Positions 20,080-29,617 of a stretch of DNA of 64,000 nucleotides are shown here, piece after piece. Made by a program: the position numbers and the translations under genes. The DNA comes from Thermoproteota archaeon (GTDB lineage Archaea > Asgardarchaeota > Jordiarchaeia > Jordiarchaeales > Freyrarchaeaceae): positions 1 to 64,000 of the forward strand of contig JAPDJY010000039.1 in assembly GCA_029258835.1 (NCBI GenBank). Direction: 5' to 3'. The notes beneath the pieces were generated by a model. That model was not told the origin of the DNA. It worked only from the letters and a program-made list of their open reading frames with translations, and did no database searches. How positions within the stretch are numbered: the first letter of the stretch is position 1; each line of letters opens with the position of its first letter.

Positions 20080-20514
20080 TTAGGAAGTCCAACCGATTTC
20101 CCTTGAAATGTCTTCTACTCGAATAAATTTTGCTTTAGTTTTGCTTACATGAGCTTCGGGTATGGTTTGAAGCTCGGCATTAGAAAGTTCTTCTGGTACG
20201 CCGATGTAAACTCTAAGACGCCTGTAAGCAGAGCGGCCCCTTGCTTTTTTCCAAGGAAGCATGCCTCTAATAGTACGCCGCACTAGGAGGTCGGGCCTCC
20301 TATAATGTATTGGTCCTTTCCAAGGGGCAGTTAACGTTCTGATTTGGAGGCGACTTTTGTATTTGTTGATCGTAGATTTAGGGTTTCCTGTCACTACAGC
20401 TTTTTCAGCGTTAACTATTACTACACGTTCTCCGTTTAGTAAACGTTTTGCCACTATGCTAGCCATACGTCCAAGGATTAAGTCTGTTGCATCAACAATC
20501 ATCGTGTCCTTCAT
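20080..20514 (-). CDS. rpl13: 50S ribosomal protein L13
   Basis: DATDLILGRMAS, NAEKAVVTG, RTIRGMLP; probable start ATG 20514. Confidence 0.97.
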   Translation of the reverse strand: MKDTMIVDATDLILGRMASIVAKRLLNGERVVIVNAEKAVVTGNPKSTINKYKSRLQIRTLTAPWKGPIHYRRPDLLVRRTIRGMLPWKKARGRSAYRRLRVYIGVPEELSNAELQTIPEAHVSKTKAKFIRVEDISREIGWTS

Positions 20515-20527
20515 TGTACAGCACCAA

Positions 20528-20893
20528 CTAACCAATTATTTTCACGTTACTCCCCTTAGGGTTCCGCTTCATAAGCTCTAAGATCGAAATGCACTCTCCT
20601 CCAGCTTCTTTGGTCTTCTGTATCGCTTTTTCGGAAAATGCAAGAGCAGCGATGCAAACTTTGTGATTAAGTGAGCCTGATCCTAGCACTTTTCCAGGGA
20701 CAACGACTGTTTCACCGTCCTCGGTGAACCTGTTTATCCGTGAAATATTTACAACAACCCTGTGTCGCCTAGGCTTTCTAAGCTTCTCTGAAATACTTCT
20801 CCAAATATGTACTCCCTCTGCCTTAGCTTTTTTCTCGAGGGCGACAATTAAATTCCAAACATTCGGGTCCGTCGGGCCAGTAGGCTTCAACAC
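20528..20893 (-). CDS. rpl18e: 50S ribosomal protein L18e
   Basis: VNISRINR, VVVPGKVLGSG, AALAFS, NPKGSNVKIIG. Confidence 0.97.
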   Translation of the reverse strand: MLKPTGPTDPNVWNLIVALEKKAKAEGVHIWRSISEKLRKPRRHRVVVNISRINRFTEDGETVVVPGKVLGSGSLNHKVCIAALAFSEKAIQKTKEAGGECISILELMKRNPKGSNVKIIG

Positions 20894-21708
20894 TATGCCT
20901 CCTCACTCGCTGTTATGAGTTGAGACTCAAGATCTTCTAGTTTCTTTAAAAGGATATCTACGGCGACCTTAACTATTTCGTCGGGAGGAAGGGAGCCCGT
21001 TGACTCAACAGTAAAGATGAATTTTGTGTCATCCCATGAAACTTGTATAGCGTCAAAACGGCATTCTTCTTCACAGGACTTACATAAGGAACAGTTTAAA
21101 AGATCCTTCACGACCAACTGGTTATCCTCTATAGCTAATATGTTTTTAGGACATATGGAAACGCAGTCTCCACATTGGACACATTTATCTTGATCTATGT
21201 TTAAGATGGGCATGTATTTATATGCACAGCATGAAACAGGTTGCCATTTAGCGTGCTCTTTCCCCCTTCCTAATCGGGCATACGCTTCCAAAACAACCTT
21301 TTGGTTTCTACCCATCTTTGCAAGAGGGATCTTATCGCTAACTGGGCGGACAACGGGATCTTGTGACTGGAGGTCTCCAGAATATATAACAACACCTTCT
21401 TCTTCGGCTTCTTTCTCCAAAGTAAGAGTTAACCTGCATTTAACACAGCCTTCACCACCACAACTACACTCCTCCGGTAGGACATAGCTCTCTAAATCCG
21501 TAACTAAAGGAATAAGTCCTAGCCTATGAGCTAAAACTTCATCAAAAATCGGAGAAGTGTTTTCGATTATTATGACCTCATCTATGGCCATTGTTGGAAC
21601 TTCAGCAAGCATCGTTCTACGTAGAGCATTCGCTACAGAAACATCTACACCTTCCAATACAAAGCGGAGCATATTTCCTTCCATAGATAAGATTTTGACA
21701 TTCAACAC
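20893..21708 (-). CDS. rpoD: RNA polymerase subunit D (Rpo3) with a 2x[4Fe-4S] ferredoxin-like insert
   Basis: ANALRRTMLAEVPTMAI, DEVLAHRLGLIP, GKEHAKW, CVQCGDCVSICP and CSLCKSCEEEC; start about 21705-21708. Confidence 0.97.
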   Translation of the reverse strand: MLNVKILSMEGNMLRFVLEGVDVSVANALRRTMLAEVPTMAIDEVIIIENTSPIFDEVLAHRLGLIPLVTDLESYVLPEECSCGGEGCVKCRLTLTLEKEAEEEGVVIYSGDLQSQDPVVRPVSDKIPLAKMGRNQKVVLEAYARLGRGKEHAKWQPVSCCAYKYMPILNIDQDKCVQCGDCVSICPKNILAIEDNQLVVKDLLNCSLCKSCEEECRFDAIQVSWDDTKFIFTVESTGSLPPDEIVKVAVDILLKKLEDLESQLITASEEA

Positions 21709-21737
21709 AGAACACCTGCCAGCAGACGAAGGAGAAA

Positions 21738-22154
21738 TCAAACTCTCCGGCCGCGTCTACCTCCAGGCCTTCTCGTTCCGTCATGTGGAATAGGTGTTAC
21801 GTCTTCTATTCTACCTATTCTCAGTCCTGCTCTAGCAAGAGCTCTAATTGCAGCTTGTGCACCGGGTCCAGGTGTTTTCGGACCGTGGCCGCCGGGCGCT
21901 CTAACCTTAATGTTGATTCCAACGATACCTTTCTCCATGGCTTCCTGTGCGGCTCTAAATGCAGCTTGCATGGCGGCATATGGAGACGATTCTTCCCTAT
22001 CCGCTTTAACGATCATACCTCCACTATATCTGGCAATAGTCTCAGCGCCTGTGAGATCTGTAATCGTAATTATTGTATCATTGAACGAACTATATATATG
22101 AGCAACACCCCATTTTACCCTCTTTCTTTCACTACTTTTTTCTTTGCTACTCAA
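21738..22154 (-). CDS. rps11: 30S ribosomal protein S11
   Basis: [38 protein letters not shown]. Confidence 0.98.
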   Translation of the reverse strand: MSSKEKSSERKRVKWGVAHIYSSFNDTIITITDLTGAETIARYSGGMIVKADREESSPYAAMQAAFRAAQEAMEKGIVGINIKVRAPGGHGPKTPGPGAQAAIRALARAGLRIGRIEDVTPIPHDGTRRPGGRRGRRV

Positions 22155-22201
22155 TTTCCATCGCTCCTCTCTCTTTTAATCATGAAAACACCTTAACAAG
22201 G

Positions 22202-22717
22202 TTATTGTGAAACGCGGGCAGGATGGTTAACATCATTAAGAGGTGACGTTGGAGTGTAAGCGATCAAGTCCTCACTTTCCCGATCAACAAGATGGCCCGG
22301 CGACGTTACCCTTCTCCCCGCAATTACTATATGGCCATGAGTAATGAATTGCCTAGCTTGATGAACGGTTTTCGCAAGCCCCTTCGTTACAACCATAGTT
22401 TGTAAGCGCCGTTCAAGAAAGTTCTCGACGGTTAACGCTAATACATCATCTAGTGTAGCGTCAGATGGGAGGATGCCCATTCTGTAAAGCTTACCGATAA
22501 GCTCTTGTCTACCTTTCTCCCGTTCCTCCGGCGGCAACGCCATTATTTTCCTAGCTCTCTCCCTAAACCTTCGTAGAATTGCCTGCACTCGCCATAGTTC
22601 CTTTTTATTTCGTAATCCATATTTGCCTACGAGTATTACCTCTTTATGAAGACGTTCCTTGTCCCATGGTTTGCGAGGGGTGATATACTTCTTTCTTGGC
22701 TTTTTAGGATCGCCCAT
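22202..22717 (-). CDS. rps4: 30S ribosomal protein S4
   Basis: [38 protein letters not shown]; start ATG 22717. Confidence 0.98.
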   Translation of the reverse strand: MGDPKKPRKKYITPRKPWDKERLHKEVILVGKYGLRNKKELWRVQAILRRFRERARKIMALPPEEREKGRQELIGKLYRMGILPSDATLDDVLALTVENFLERRLQTMVVTKGLAKTVHQARQFITHGHIVIAGRRVTSPGHLVDRESEDLIAYTPTSPLNDVNHPARVSQ

Positions 22718-22730
22718 TCCGGCCCCCCTG

Positions 22731-23183
22731 CTACCGCTTCTTCCTTCTAACACCTACTGTTTGACCCTTCCGCCCGGTTGTCTTAGTTCTCTGCCCTCTC
22801 ACCTTAAGCCCTAAAGCATGACGCACACCCTTCCAACACCTAATTCTTTTCATTAATTCTATGTCATTTTTAACCGTGAGCGCCAATTGTGAACCAATAA
22901 GGTGCAGATCCTTACCTGTCTCTAGGTCCTTCTGCCTGTTTAGCATCCAAGACGGGATGCCTACTGACGACGGATTAGACACCGCGTCCTCTATTTTTTT
23001 GATTTCAGCGTCTGTGAGAAAGCCAAGCCTTCTATTCGGGTCAATACCTAAGGCGACGAGGACGGCATTTGCCATCCTAGCATTAATGCCTTTTATCGTT
23101 CTGAGAGCATACGCTGCCCTATAAGACCCGTCTAAGTCCGTTCCGGCAAGTCTGACGATGTGCTTATAACTTTCTGTCGACAA
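22731..23183 (-). CDS. rps13: 30S ribosomal protein S13
   Basis: [38 protein letters not shown]. Confidence 0.98.
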   Translation of the reverse strand: MSTESYKHIVRLAGTDLDGSYRAAYALRTIKGINARMANAVLVALGIDPNRRLGFLTDAEIKKIEDAVSNPSSVGIPSWMLNRQKDLETGKDLHLIGSQLALTVKNDIELMKRIRCWKGVRHALGLKVRGQRTKTTGRKGQTVGVRRKKR

Positions 23184-23358
23184 GGTTTACACCCTTCTTT
23201 ACCTTAAAAAGGAGACAATTACGAATCCAAATAAACTTTGCGATTTGCCATCTTCAGGTAACATAAATGCCAAGGTAGAATGCAAATGAAAAAGTCACAT
23301 ATTTAAAGTATTTCTGTTTCATCCTTAGAGTGGAGTTTAAGTTAGCTGGTGTCAAGGC

Positions 23359-24036
23359 ATGAAAGTGGCTGTGCTCTTCAGCGGCGGGAAGGATTCAAGC
23401 TGCGCTCTCTTCTGGGCCTTATCGAACAATTTAAAAGTTGAAGCCTTAGTATCCATGCTTCCAATGAGGGAGGACAGTTATATGTTTCATGTACCTAATA
23501 TTGCACTAACAGAAATACAAGCGGAAGCCATCGGGTTACCTCACGTTTCATCCATTACGTCTGGTGCAAGAGAAAGGGAGGTTTCAGACCTGAAAGAAGT
23601 ACTTAGAGAGTTGAATGTTGATGCCGTCGTATCGGGAGCTGTGGCAAGCGAGTATCAGAAGAGACACATAGACAGGGTTTGCAAAGAACTTGGATTAAGA
23701 AGCATAACCCCTCTCTGGCACGGTAATGAAGTCTTATTGCTGGTGAAGCTTGTTAATTTTGGGTTTGACGTAAGGTTTACTGGAGTTTATGCTTTGGGAT
23801 TTAACGCTAAGTGGCTTGGAAGGAAGCTTGACTATGACAGTATTGTAGATTTAATTGAGATAAGAAGAAGGTATGGTATTAGCATTGCAGGGGAAGGAGG
23901 GGAATATGAAACGATCGTATTAGACGCGCCATTTTTCAGGAAGAAGATCAACATAGTCGACGCTGAGGCCCTCTGGGATGGGATAAGAGGGCAACTTTTG
24001 ATTAAAAAGGTAGAATTAGTAGGAAAAAGAGGATGA
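23359..24036 (+). CDS. dph6: Diphthine--ammonia ligase (PP-loop, Dph6-like)
   Basis: LFSGGKDS, DSYMFH, GAVASEYQ, PLW, GEGGEYET. Confidence 0.9.
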   Translation: MKVAVLFSGGKDSSCALFWALSNNLKVEALVSMLPMREDSYMFHVPNIALTEIQAEAIGLPHVSSITSGAREREVSDLKEVLRELNVDAVVSGAVASEYQKRHIDRVCKELGLRSITPLWHGNEVLLLVKLVNFGFDVRFTGVYALGFNAKWLGRKLDYDSIVDLIEIRRRYGISIAGEGGEYETIVLDAPFFRKKINIVDAEALWDGIRGQLLIKKVELVGKRG

Positions 24037-24335
24037 GAAGAATGGGTGAGAAAACAATTTCAACGGAGATAGTGGAACATGTTGCTTGGCTGGCAAGAAT
24101 AAAGCTTTCCGATAAGGAGAAGAGGAAGTTTTCATCCCAGTTAAGTAAGATACTGGAGTACTTCAGTAGAATAGATGAAGTTGACACCTCTAACGTTGAG
24201 CCCATGTTTCATGTTTTAGATATTTCAAACGTTTTCCGTGAAGACGAGGTGGCACCCTCTATGCCATTAAATGAGGTTTTAAAGAACGTCCCTGAAAGCG
24301 AAAAGGGATTTATTAAAGCCCCTAGAATAATCTGA
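24033..24335 (+). CDS. gatC: Asp-tRNA(Asn)/Glu-tRNA(Gln) amidotransferase subunit C
   Basis: VEHVAWLARI, VDTSNVEP, NVFRED, GFIKAPRI. Confidence 0.95.
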   Translation: MRRMGEKTISTEIVEHVAWLARIKLSDKEKRKFSSQLSKILEYFSRIDEVDTSNVEPMFHVLDISNVFREDEVAPSMPLNEVLKNVPESEKGFIKAPRII

Positions 24336-24348
24336 GAGATGATGGGAT

Positions 24349-25803
24349 GTGAAGTTCAATCAGCTAACTTGCCATGAACTGGTAGGAATGATTAAAGAAC
24401 AGAATGTAACTGCAGAGGAGGTTATTGAAGCAGTTTTTAAACGTATAGATGAGATTGAGAAGAGAATAAATGCGTTCATCTCAGTCTTTAAGGAGGAAGC
24501 GCTAAGGAAAGCAAGGGAGATCGATGAGAAAATAGCGAGAGGAGAGAAAGTTGGCCCTTTAGCTGGAATCCCGGTCGCTGTTAAAGATAATATCTGCACA
24601 CGTGGAAAGCTGACAACTTGTGGCTCGAAGATGCTAAGTGATTACGTTCCGCCATACAGCGCTACCGTAGTGGAGCGGATCGAAGAGGCGGGAGGCATTG
24701 TTATAGGTAAAACGAACATGGACGAGTTTGCTATGGGTAATTCAACCGAGAGCAGCTATTTTGGGTGCACACGTAACCCATGGGATACCACAAGGGTACC
24801 TGGAGGTTCATCGGGTGGAAGTGGTGCAGCGCTTGCAGCAGACGAAACAATACTCGCATTGGGAAGCGATACTGGAGGTTCGATCAGATGTCCTGCGAGC
24901 TTCTGCGGCATCGTAGGGTTGAAACCGACCTACGGACTTGTTAGCAGGTATGGGTTAATAGCGTATGCGAATAGCCTTGAGCAGATAGGTCCAATGGCGA
25001 AAGATGTTATGGACTGTGCACTACTTCTCAGTATCATTTCAGGCAATGATGCAAGAGATAGCACGTCAGCCCCGTACCATCCACGTGACTATACTAAGCA
25101 CATTAGAGATGGAGTTAAGAAGGTTAAAGTTGGGGTTCCAAAAGAGTTTTTCATGGTTGGAGTCGATGAACCAGTAGAGCGAGCCGTTTACGAAGCTGTG
25201 GAGATCCTTGAGGAGTTAGGAGCCAAGTGTGAAGAGTTCTCCATTTCATATTTAGATTATGCTGTTCCAACGTATTACCTAATAGCAATGTCCGAAGCAA
25301 GTTCTAACCTAGCACGATTCGACGGGTTGAGGTATGGTTTTAGGGCTAAGAGCGAAGGAGACTGGAATGAGGTTTTTCTGGAGACAAGAGGGGAGGGGTT
25401 CGGAGAAGAGGTGAAGCGGAGGATAATTCTTGGAACGTTTGCCCTTTCGGCGGGATACTACGATAGATACTATTTAAAAGCGTTAAAGGTTAGAGCGCTC
25501 ATAAGAAAAGAATTCGAGAGAGCTTTAGCCAAATTTGACGTCTTAGTCACGCCAACCATGCCTACGCTTCCTTTCAAGATTGGAGAAATCATAGAAGACC
25601 CACTAACCATGTACATGATGGATATTTGCACGGTTCCCGTGAACCTAGCAGGAGTCCCGTCTATATCAATACCATGCGGCTTTGCAGATGGGTTACCTGT
25701 TGGAATGCAGATAATTGGAGGGTTCTTCAAAGAGGATGAAATCCTAAGGGTAGCATACGCGTTTCAAAAGCAAGCTAGGCTTAATAGGAAACCACAAATT
25801 TAA
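24349..25803 (+). CDS. gatA: Amidotransferase subunit A
   Basis: VAVKDN, GKTNMDEFAMG, PGGSSGGS, GSDTGGSIRCPA, SSNLARFDG. Confidence 0.97.
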   Translation: MKFNQLTCHELVGMIKEQNVTAEEVIEAVFKRIDEIEKRINAFISVFKEEALRKAREIDEKIARGEKVGPLAGIPVAVKDNICTRGKLTTCGSKMLSDYVPPYSATVVERIEEAGGIVIGKTNMDEFAMGNSTESSYFGCTRNPWDTTRVPGGSSGGSGAALAADETILALGSDTGGSIRCPASFCGIVGLKPTYGLVSRYGLIAYANSLEQIGPMAKDVMDCALLLSIISGNDARDSTSAPYHPRDYTKHIRDGVKKVKVGVPKEFFMVGVDEPVERAVYEAVEILEELGAKCEEFSISYLDYAVPTYYLIAMSEASSNLARFDGLRYGFRAKSEGDWNEVFLETRGEGFGEEVKRRIILGTFALSAGYYDRYYLKALKVRALIRKEFERALAKFDVLVTPTMPTLPFKIGEIIEDPLTMYMMDICTVPVNLAGVPSISIPCGFADGLPVGMQIIGGFFKEDEILRVAYAFQKQARLNRKPQI

Positions 25804-25817
25804 AGGAGAGGCACATA

Positions 25818-27263
25818 ATGGAAGGAGAAAAGCTGGATGTTAAAATTGGATTGGAAGTTCATGTTCAACTTACATCCCTTAAAACGAAGCTTTTCTGTAG
25901 TTGCTCTGCCGACTACCGAGGGAAACCTCCGAACACCCTTGTTTGCCCTATATGCCTAGGACATCCGGGCACCCTTCCGGTTTTGAATAAGAAAGCGGTG
26001 GATCATGCGATAATGGTAGCCTTAGCCTTAAACTCGACGATTTCCCCTCAAATGATCTTCTTTAGGAAGAACTACTTCTACGTTGACATGTCTAAGAACT
26101 TTCAGATATCACAGTATGATAAGGCGGGTGGTATACCCCTTTCAACAGGTGGATGGATTACCTTCAACGTTAATGGAGAGGAGAGGAGGGTAAGGATCAG
26201 AAGGATACAGTTAGAGGAGGACCCTGCACGTATAACGTATTTAGGAAACATAACTTCTTCTCCATATACGCTTGTTGATTATAATAGGGCAGGGGTGGCT
26301 CTTCTCGAAATAGTTACCGAACCCGATATGAGCTCCCCTGAAGAAGCGTACTTCTTCCTTCAAAAATTACGTTCAATACTTGAACACTTAGGAGTATCCA
26401 GCGAGAACATGCAGGGTTCAATGCGATGTGATGCAAACATATCTATTAAAGGAGGGGCGAGGGTTGAGATTAAGAACATATCATCCTTCAGGGACGTACG
26501 GCGGGCTCTGCAGTATGAAATCATGAGACAGAAGCAACTGTTAAAGAGGGGGTTGTCTGTAACGCAGGAAACCAGACACTGGGATGAAAATAGGAAAATA
26601 ACTGTTTCCTTGAGGGTTAAAGAGACGGAGAGCGATTACAGGTATTTTCCTGAGCTAGACCTGGTACCCGTGAAAATCTCCGAGGAGTGGATTAGGAGGA
26701 TAGCAGCGGAGATGCCTGAGCTCCCGGATGCCAGAAAGAGACGTTTTATTTTAGAGTACAAAATTCCAGAATACGACGCTACCGTCCTAACTAGCAGCAA
26801 GACAATTGCAGACTTCTTTGAGGAGTGCTGCAAGGTGTACTCTAAGCCCAAGGTTGTCAGTAATTGGTTAATGAGCGACTTTTTACGGAACATAAACGAG
26901 CTTGGAATCGATGTAACCGAGGTAAAAATTACGCCAAAGCAGTTTGTTGGGATGCTAAAAATGATAGATGAAGGAGTTATAAGTGGTAAGATTGCGAAGC
27001 GAGTCTTAAAAGAAATGATGCTAACTGGGAAGGCTCCAAGGCAGGTTGTAGAAGAGAAAAACCTCTTAAAGTTAAGTGACAGGAGTATACTCCAAAAAAT
27101 AATTGATGAAGTGTTCTGTGAGTTTCCGAAAGCGGTCGAAGATGCCAAAAGGGACAAGAAAGCCGTTAATTATCTAGTAGGTCAGGTTATGAGGAAAACT
27201 AGAGGAAGGGCCGATCCAAAACTCACAAATGAGCTTATTCTAGCCAAACTGAAAACCAGTTAG
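25818..27263 (+). CDS. gatB: Amidotransferase subunit B
   Basis: IGLEVHVQL, RKNYFY, DYNRAGVALLEIVTEPD, RCDANIS, DYRYFPE. Confidence 0.97.
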   Translation: MEGEKLDVKIGLEVHVQLTSLKTKLFCSCSADYRGKPPNTLVCPICLGHPGTLPVLNKKAVDHAIMVALALNSTISPQMIFFRKNYFYVDMSKNFQISQYDKAGGIPLSTGGWITFNVNGEERRVRIRRIQLEEDPARITYLGNITSSPYTLVDYNRAGVALLEIVTEPDMSSPEEAYFFLQKLRSILEHLGVSSENMQGSMRCDANISIKGGARVEIKNISSFRDVRRALQYEIMRQKQLLKRGLSVTQETRHWDENRKITVSLRVKETESDYRYFPELDLVPVKISEEWIRRIAAEMPELPDARKRRFILEYKIPEYDATVLTSSKTIADFFEECCKVYSKPKVVSNWLMSDFLRNINELGIDVTEVKITPKQFVGMLKMIDEGVISGKIAKRVLKEMMLTGKAPRQVVEEKNLLKLSDRSILQKIIDEVFCEFPKAVEDAKRDKKAVNYLVGQVMRKTRGRADPKLTNELILAKLKTS

Positions 27264-27380
27264 CCAGTTTATCGCTGAGTGTAAAAAATACCCTATATAA
27301 AAGCACTCTTGAGGAAATAGGCTTATTAAGCAATGCCCCCCTCTTTTTTAATTAGGATTTACATGAGATGGTGTGGAGTT

Positions 27381-28133
27381 ATGGAGAAAAAATTAGTTAA
27401 CATCGTGGAAAAGGAGGACATTAAGACGGAGAACCCTGTGGTTGTAATCGGGTTGCCGGATGTAGGGCTAGTCGGTGTTATCTTAGTAAATCATATGATT
27501 CAGTCAATGAACATGAGGGAGGTAGGCTACATTGAATCAGACTTTTTCCCACCGATTATAGTATTACATAAAGGAGAGGTTCACCGTCCGTTTAGAATAT
27601 ACCAGAAAGACGATTTACTAGTGTTCGTCTCCGAAATAGCTATTCCACCTGTCTCGATTTATGAGGTTTCTCGTGAGGTTTGTAGCTGGATTAAAGGTAA
27701 GCAAGCTTCGCTGGTTCTACCTATAGGAGGAACGCCGGTGCCAAATAGAATGATGATCGATAAACCTAAGGTGTTTGCTATACCGGTAGGAGAAAAAGCG
27801 AGGAAGATAGTAGAGGAACATAAAATCGAGGTTTTCGAGGAAGGAATGGTGGTTGGACCATATGCAAGAATAATCGCTGACTGTGAAATGCAGAAGTTAC
27901 CTTGCTTAGTGCTTCTTTCACAGAGCTATCCGAATTATCCTGACCCTGGAGCCGCAGCAGCTACGGCAGAGGTCCTTGATAAAGTAGTGAAAGTAGGGAT
28001 AGACGTTTCACCTTTAGAAGAACAGGCGGAGGAAATAAGGCTTCGAATGAAAGATTTGATGAAAAGGACGATGATGGAAATGGAAAGGATGGGGAAAGCG
28101 CAAGAGTATGAGCTACCGGCAATGTACTCGTAG
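27381..28133 (+). CDS. Proteasome assembly chaperone (PAC2 / PbaA-PbaB family) with C-terminal HbYX motif
   Basis: GLPDVGLVG, PFRIY, YPDPGAAA, C-terminal M-Y-S; probable start ATG 27381. Confidence 0.9.
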   Translation: MEKKLVNIVEKEDIKTENPVVVIGLPDVGLVGVILVNHMIQSMNMREVGYIESDFFPPIIVLHKGEVHRPFRIYQKDDLLVFVSEIAIPPVSIYEVSREVCSWIKGKQASLVLPIGGTPVPNRMMIDKPKVFAIPVGEKARKIVEEHKIEVFEEGMVVGPYARIIADCEMQKLPCLVLLSQSYPNYPDPGAAAATAEVLDKVVKVGIDVSPLEEQAEEIRLRMKDLMKRTMMEMERMGKAQEYELPAMYS

Positions 28134-28144
28134 GGGGGAGGAAG

Positions 28145-28612
28145 ATGTATGAGAGAAGGAGAAGGAGGGAAGCGTTCTTTGAAAGACTGCTAAACTACTT
28201 TACAGAGTTAGGCGAAGAGATCGACGAGTTCGTAGAATCCATGTTTGAGGCTATGCGGTTTTCCAGGCCTGACTGGGACATGGATTCCTGCTGCATTGAA
28301 CCATTGGTACACGTTGAAAGCACTCCAGACAGTATTATAGTTACAGCGGATCTACCATACGTTGAAGGTAAGGAAAACATCAAGTTAAACGCCACCGAAG
28401 ACACATTAGAGATTCTTGCGGAAATGAAGAAAGATGTACGTTTTGAAAAATGGGGTACCATACAGCGGGAGGCTACCTTCAGAAAATACCACAAAATCAT
28501 AAGGTTGCCAGAAAAAGTGGTTCCTGAAGAGGCGAGAGCTACGTTCAAAAATGGCGTCCTTCAAGTCATACTTCCGAAAAAGGTAAAAAAGACACCCATA
28601 AAGATTGAGTGA
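28145..28612 (+). CDS. Hsp20 small heat-shock protein
   Basis: EPLVHV...VTADLP...IRLPEKV...ATFKNGVLQVILPK. Confidence 0.92.
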   Translation: MYERRRRREAFFERLLNYFTELGEEIDEFVESMFEAMRFSRPDWDMDSCCIEPLVHVESTPDSIIVTADLPYVEGKENIKLNATEDTLEILAEMKKDVRFEKWGTIQREATFRKYHKIIRLPEKVVPEEARATFKNGVLQVILPKKVKKTPIKIE

Positions 28613-28645
28613 AAAAGTATAAAGGTATAAGGAGGAGAACTACCG

Positions 28646-29044
28646 TTGTCTAAGAGGATAACCGAGGTTTCGAAGTTAAAGGTTAACTCTTACGTGGTCA
28701 TAGATGATGAACCATGCCGTGTAGTAAGCACAACCACGTCTAAAGCGGGAAAACATGGATCTACTAAAACGAGGATAGTAGCAATTGGACTATTTAACGG
28801 AGCAAAGAAGGATATAGTTTTGCCATCTGACAGCAAAATAGAAGTTCCGGTAATAGACAAGAGAAGTGCACAGGTTGTCTCGATAATGGGAAACCAGTTA
28901 ATGCTCATGGATCTCGAAACATATGAAACGTTTGAAACGCCATTCCCTACAGAGGAGGACTTAGCGTCGAAGATCGCAGAAGGTGTAGAAGTTGAATACT
29001 GGGACATCATGGGAAGAAAAAAGATTACACGCGTGAAAAAGTAA
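28646..29044 (+). CDS. eif5a: Translation factor aIF-5A
   Basis: SKAGKHGSTK hypusine loop; LMDLETYETFE. Confidence 0.96.
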   Translation: MSKRITEVSKLKVNSYVVIDDEPCRVVSTTTSKAGKHGSTKTRIVAIGLFNGAKKDIVLPSDSKIEVPVIDKRSAQVVSIMGNQLMLMDLETYETFETPFPTEEDLASKIAEGVEVEYWDIMGRKKITRVKK

Positions 29045-29083
29045 TTTATTTTTTTAATTTCTTTATCTCTAATGGTGCCATAG

Positions 29084-29617
29084 TTGAAAAGAAGAGTTTA
29101 CGTGCTTGACTCTGTCGCGTTTATTAGGGGATATCCCCCTCAACTTATTGGTGAAGAGCATTATATCCCGCTGGCTCTCGCAGAGGAACTTAAGGACGAG
29201 CGTTCTAAGACTCTTTTAGAAGCATCGGTGAGAAGTGGTCATGTTAAAATCAGGCAGCCAACCCAGTACGCGATTGAGAAATCTAAGGAAGCCGCACGAG
29301 AAACGGGGGATATTAGAGGTTTATCAGAGGTGGATCTGCACATTTTAGCGTTAGCTGTAGACCTGATGGCAGAAGGGGTTGAATCGGTAATAGTTACAGA
29401 CGATTATTCCATTCAAAATGTTGCCCATAAAATGAAGATCCTATTCAAGCCTATGACACAGCATGGAATCAAGGAAGCTGTTAAATGGAAAGTTTACTGT
29501 TCTGCATGTAGGAAAGTGTACCCTCCAACGTATCTAGGCGTTAGATGCGAGGTCTGTGGTGGCGAGCTTAAAAGGAAAAAAGTGAAGAGGCGGAGAATCT
29601 GGTGGAAAAGGGGCTAA
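29084..29617 (+). CDS. nob1: Nob1 endoribonuclease (PIN + zinc ribbon)
   Basis: VLDS, TGD...LSEVD..ILALA, TDDYSIQNVA, CSAC...CEVCG. Confidence 0.93.
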   Translation: MKRRVYVLDSVAFIRGYPPQLIGEEHYIPLALAEELKDERSKTLLEASVRSGHVKIRQPTQYAIEKSKEAARETGDIRGLSEVDLHILALAVDLMAEGVESVIVTDDYSIQNVAHKMKILFKPMTQHGIKEAVKWKVYCSACRKVYPPTYLGVRCEVCGGELKRKKVKRRRIWWKRG

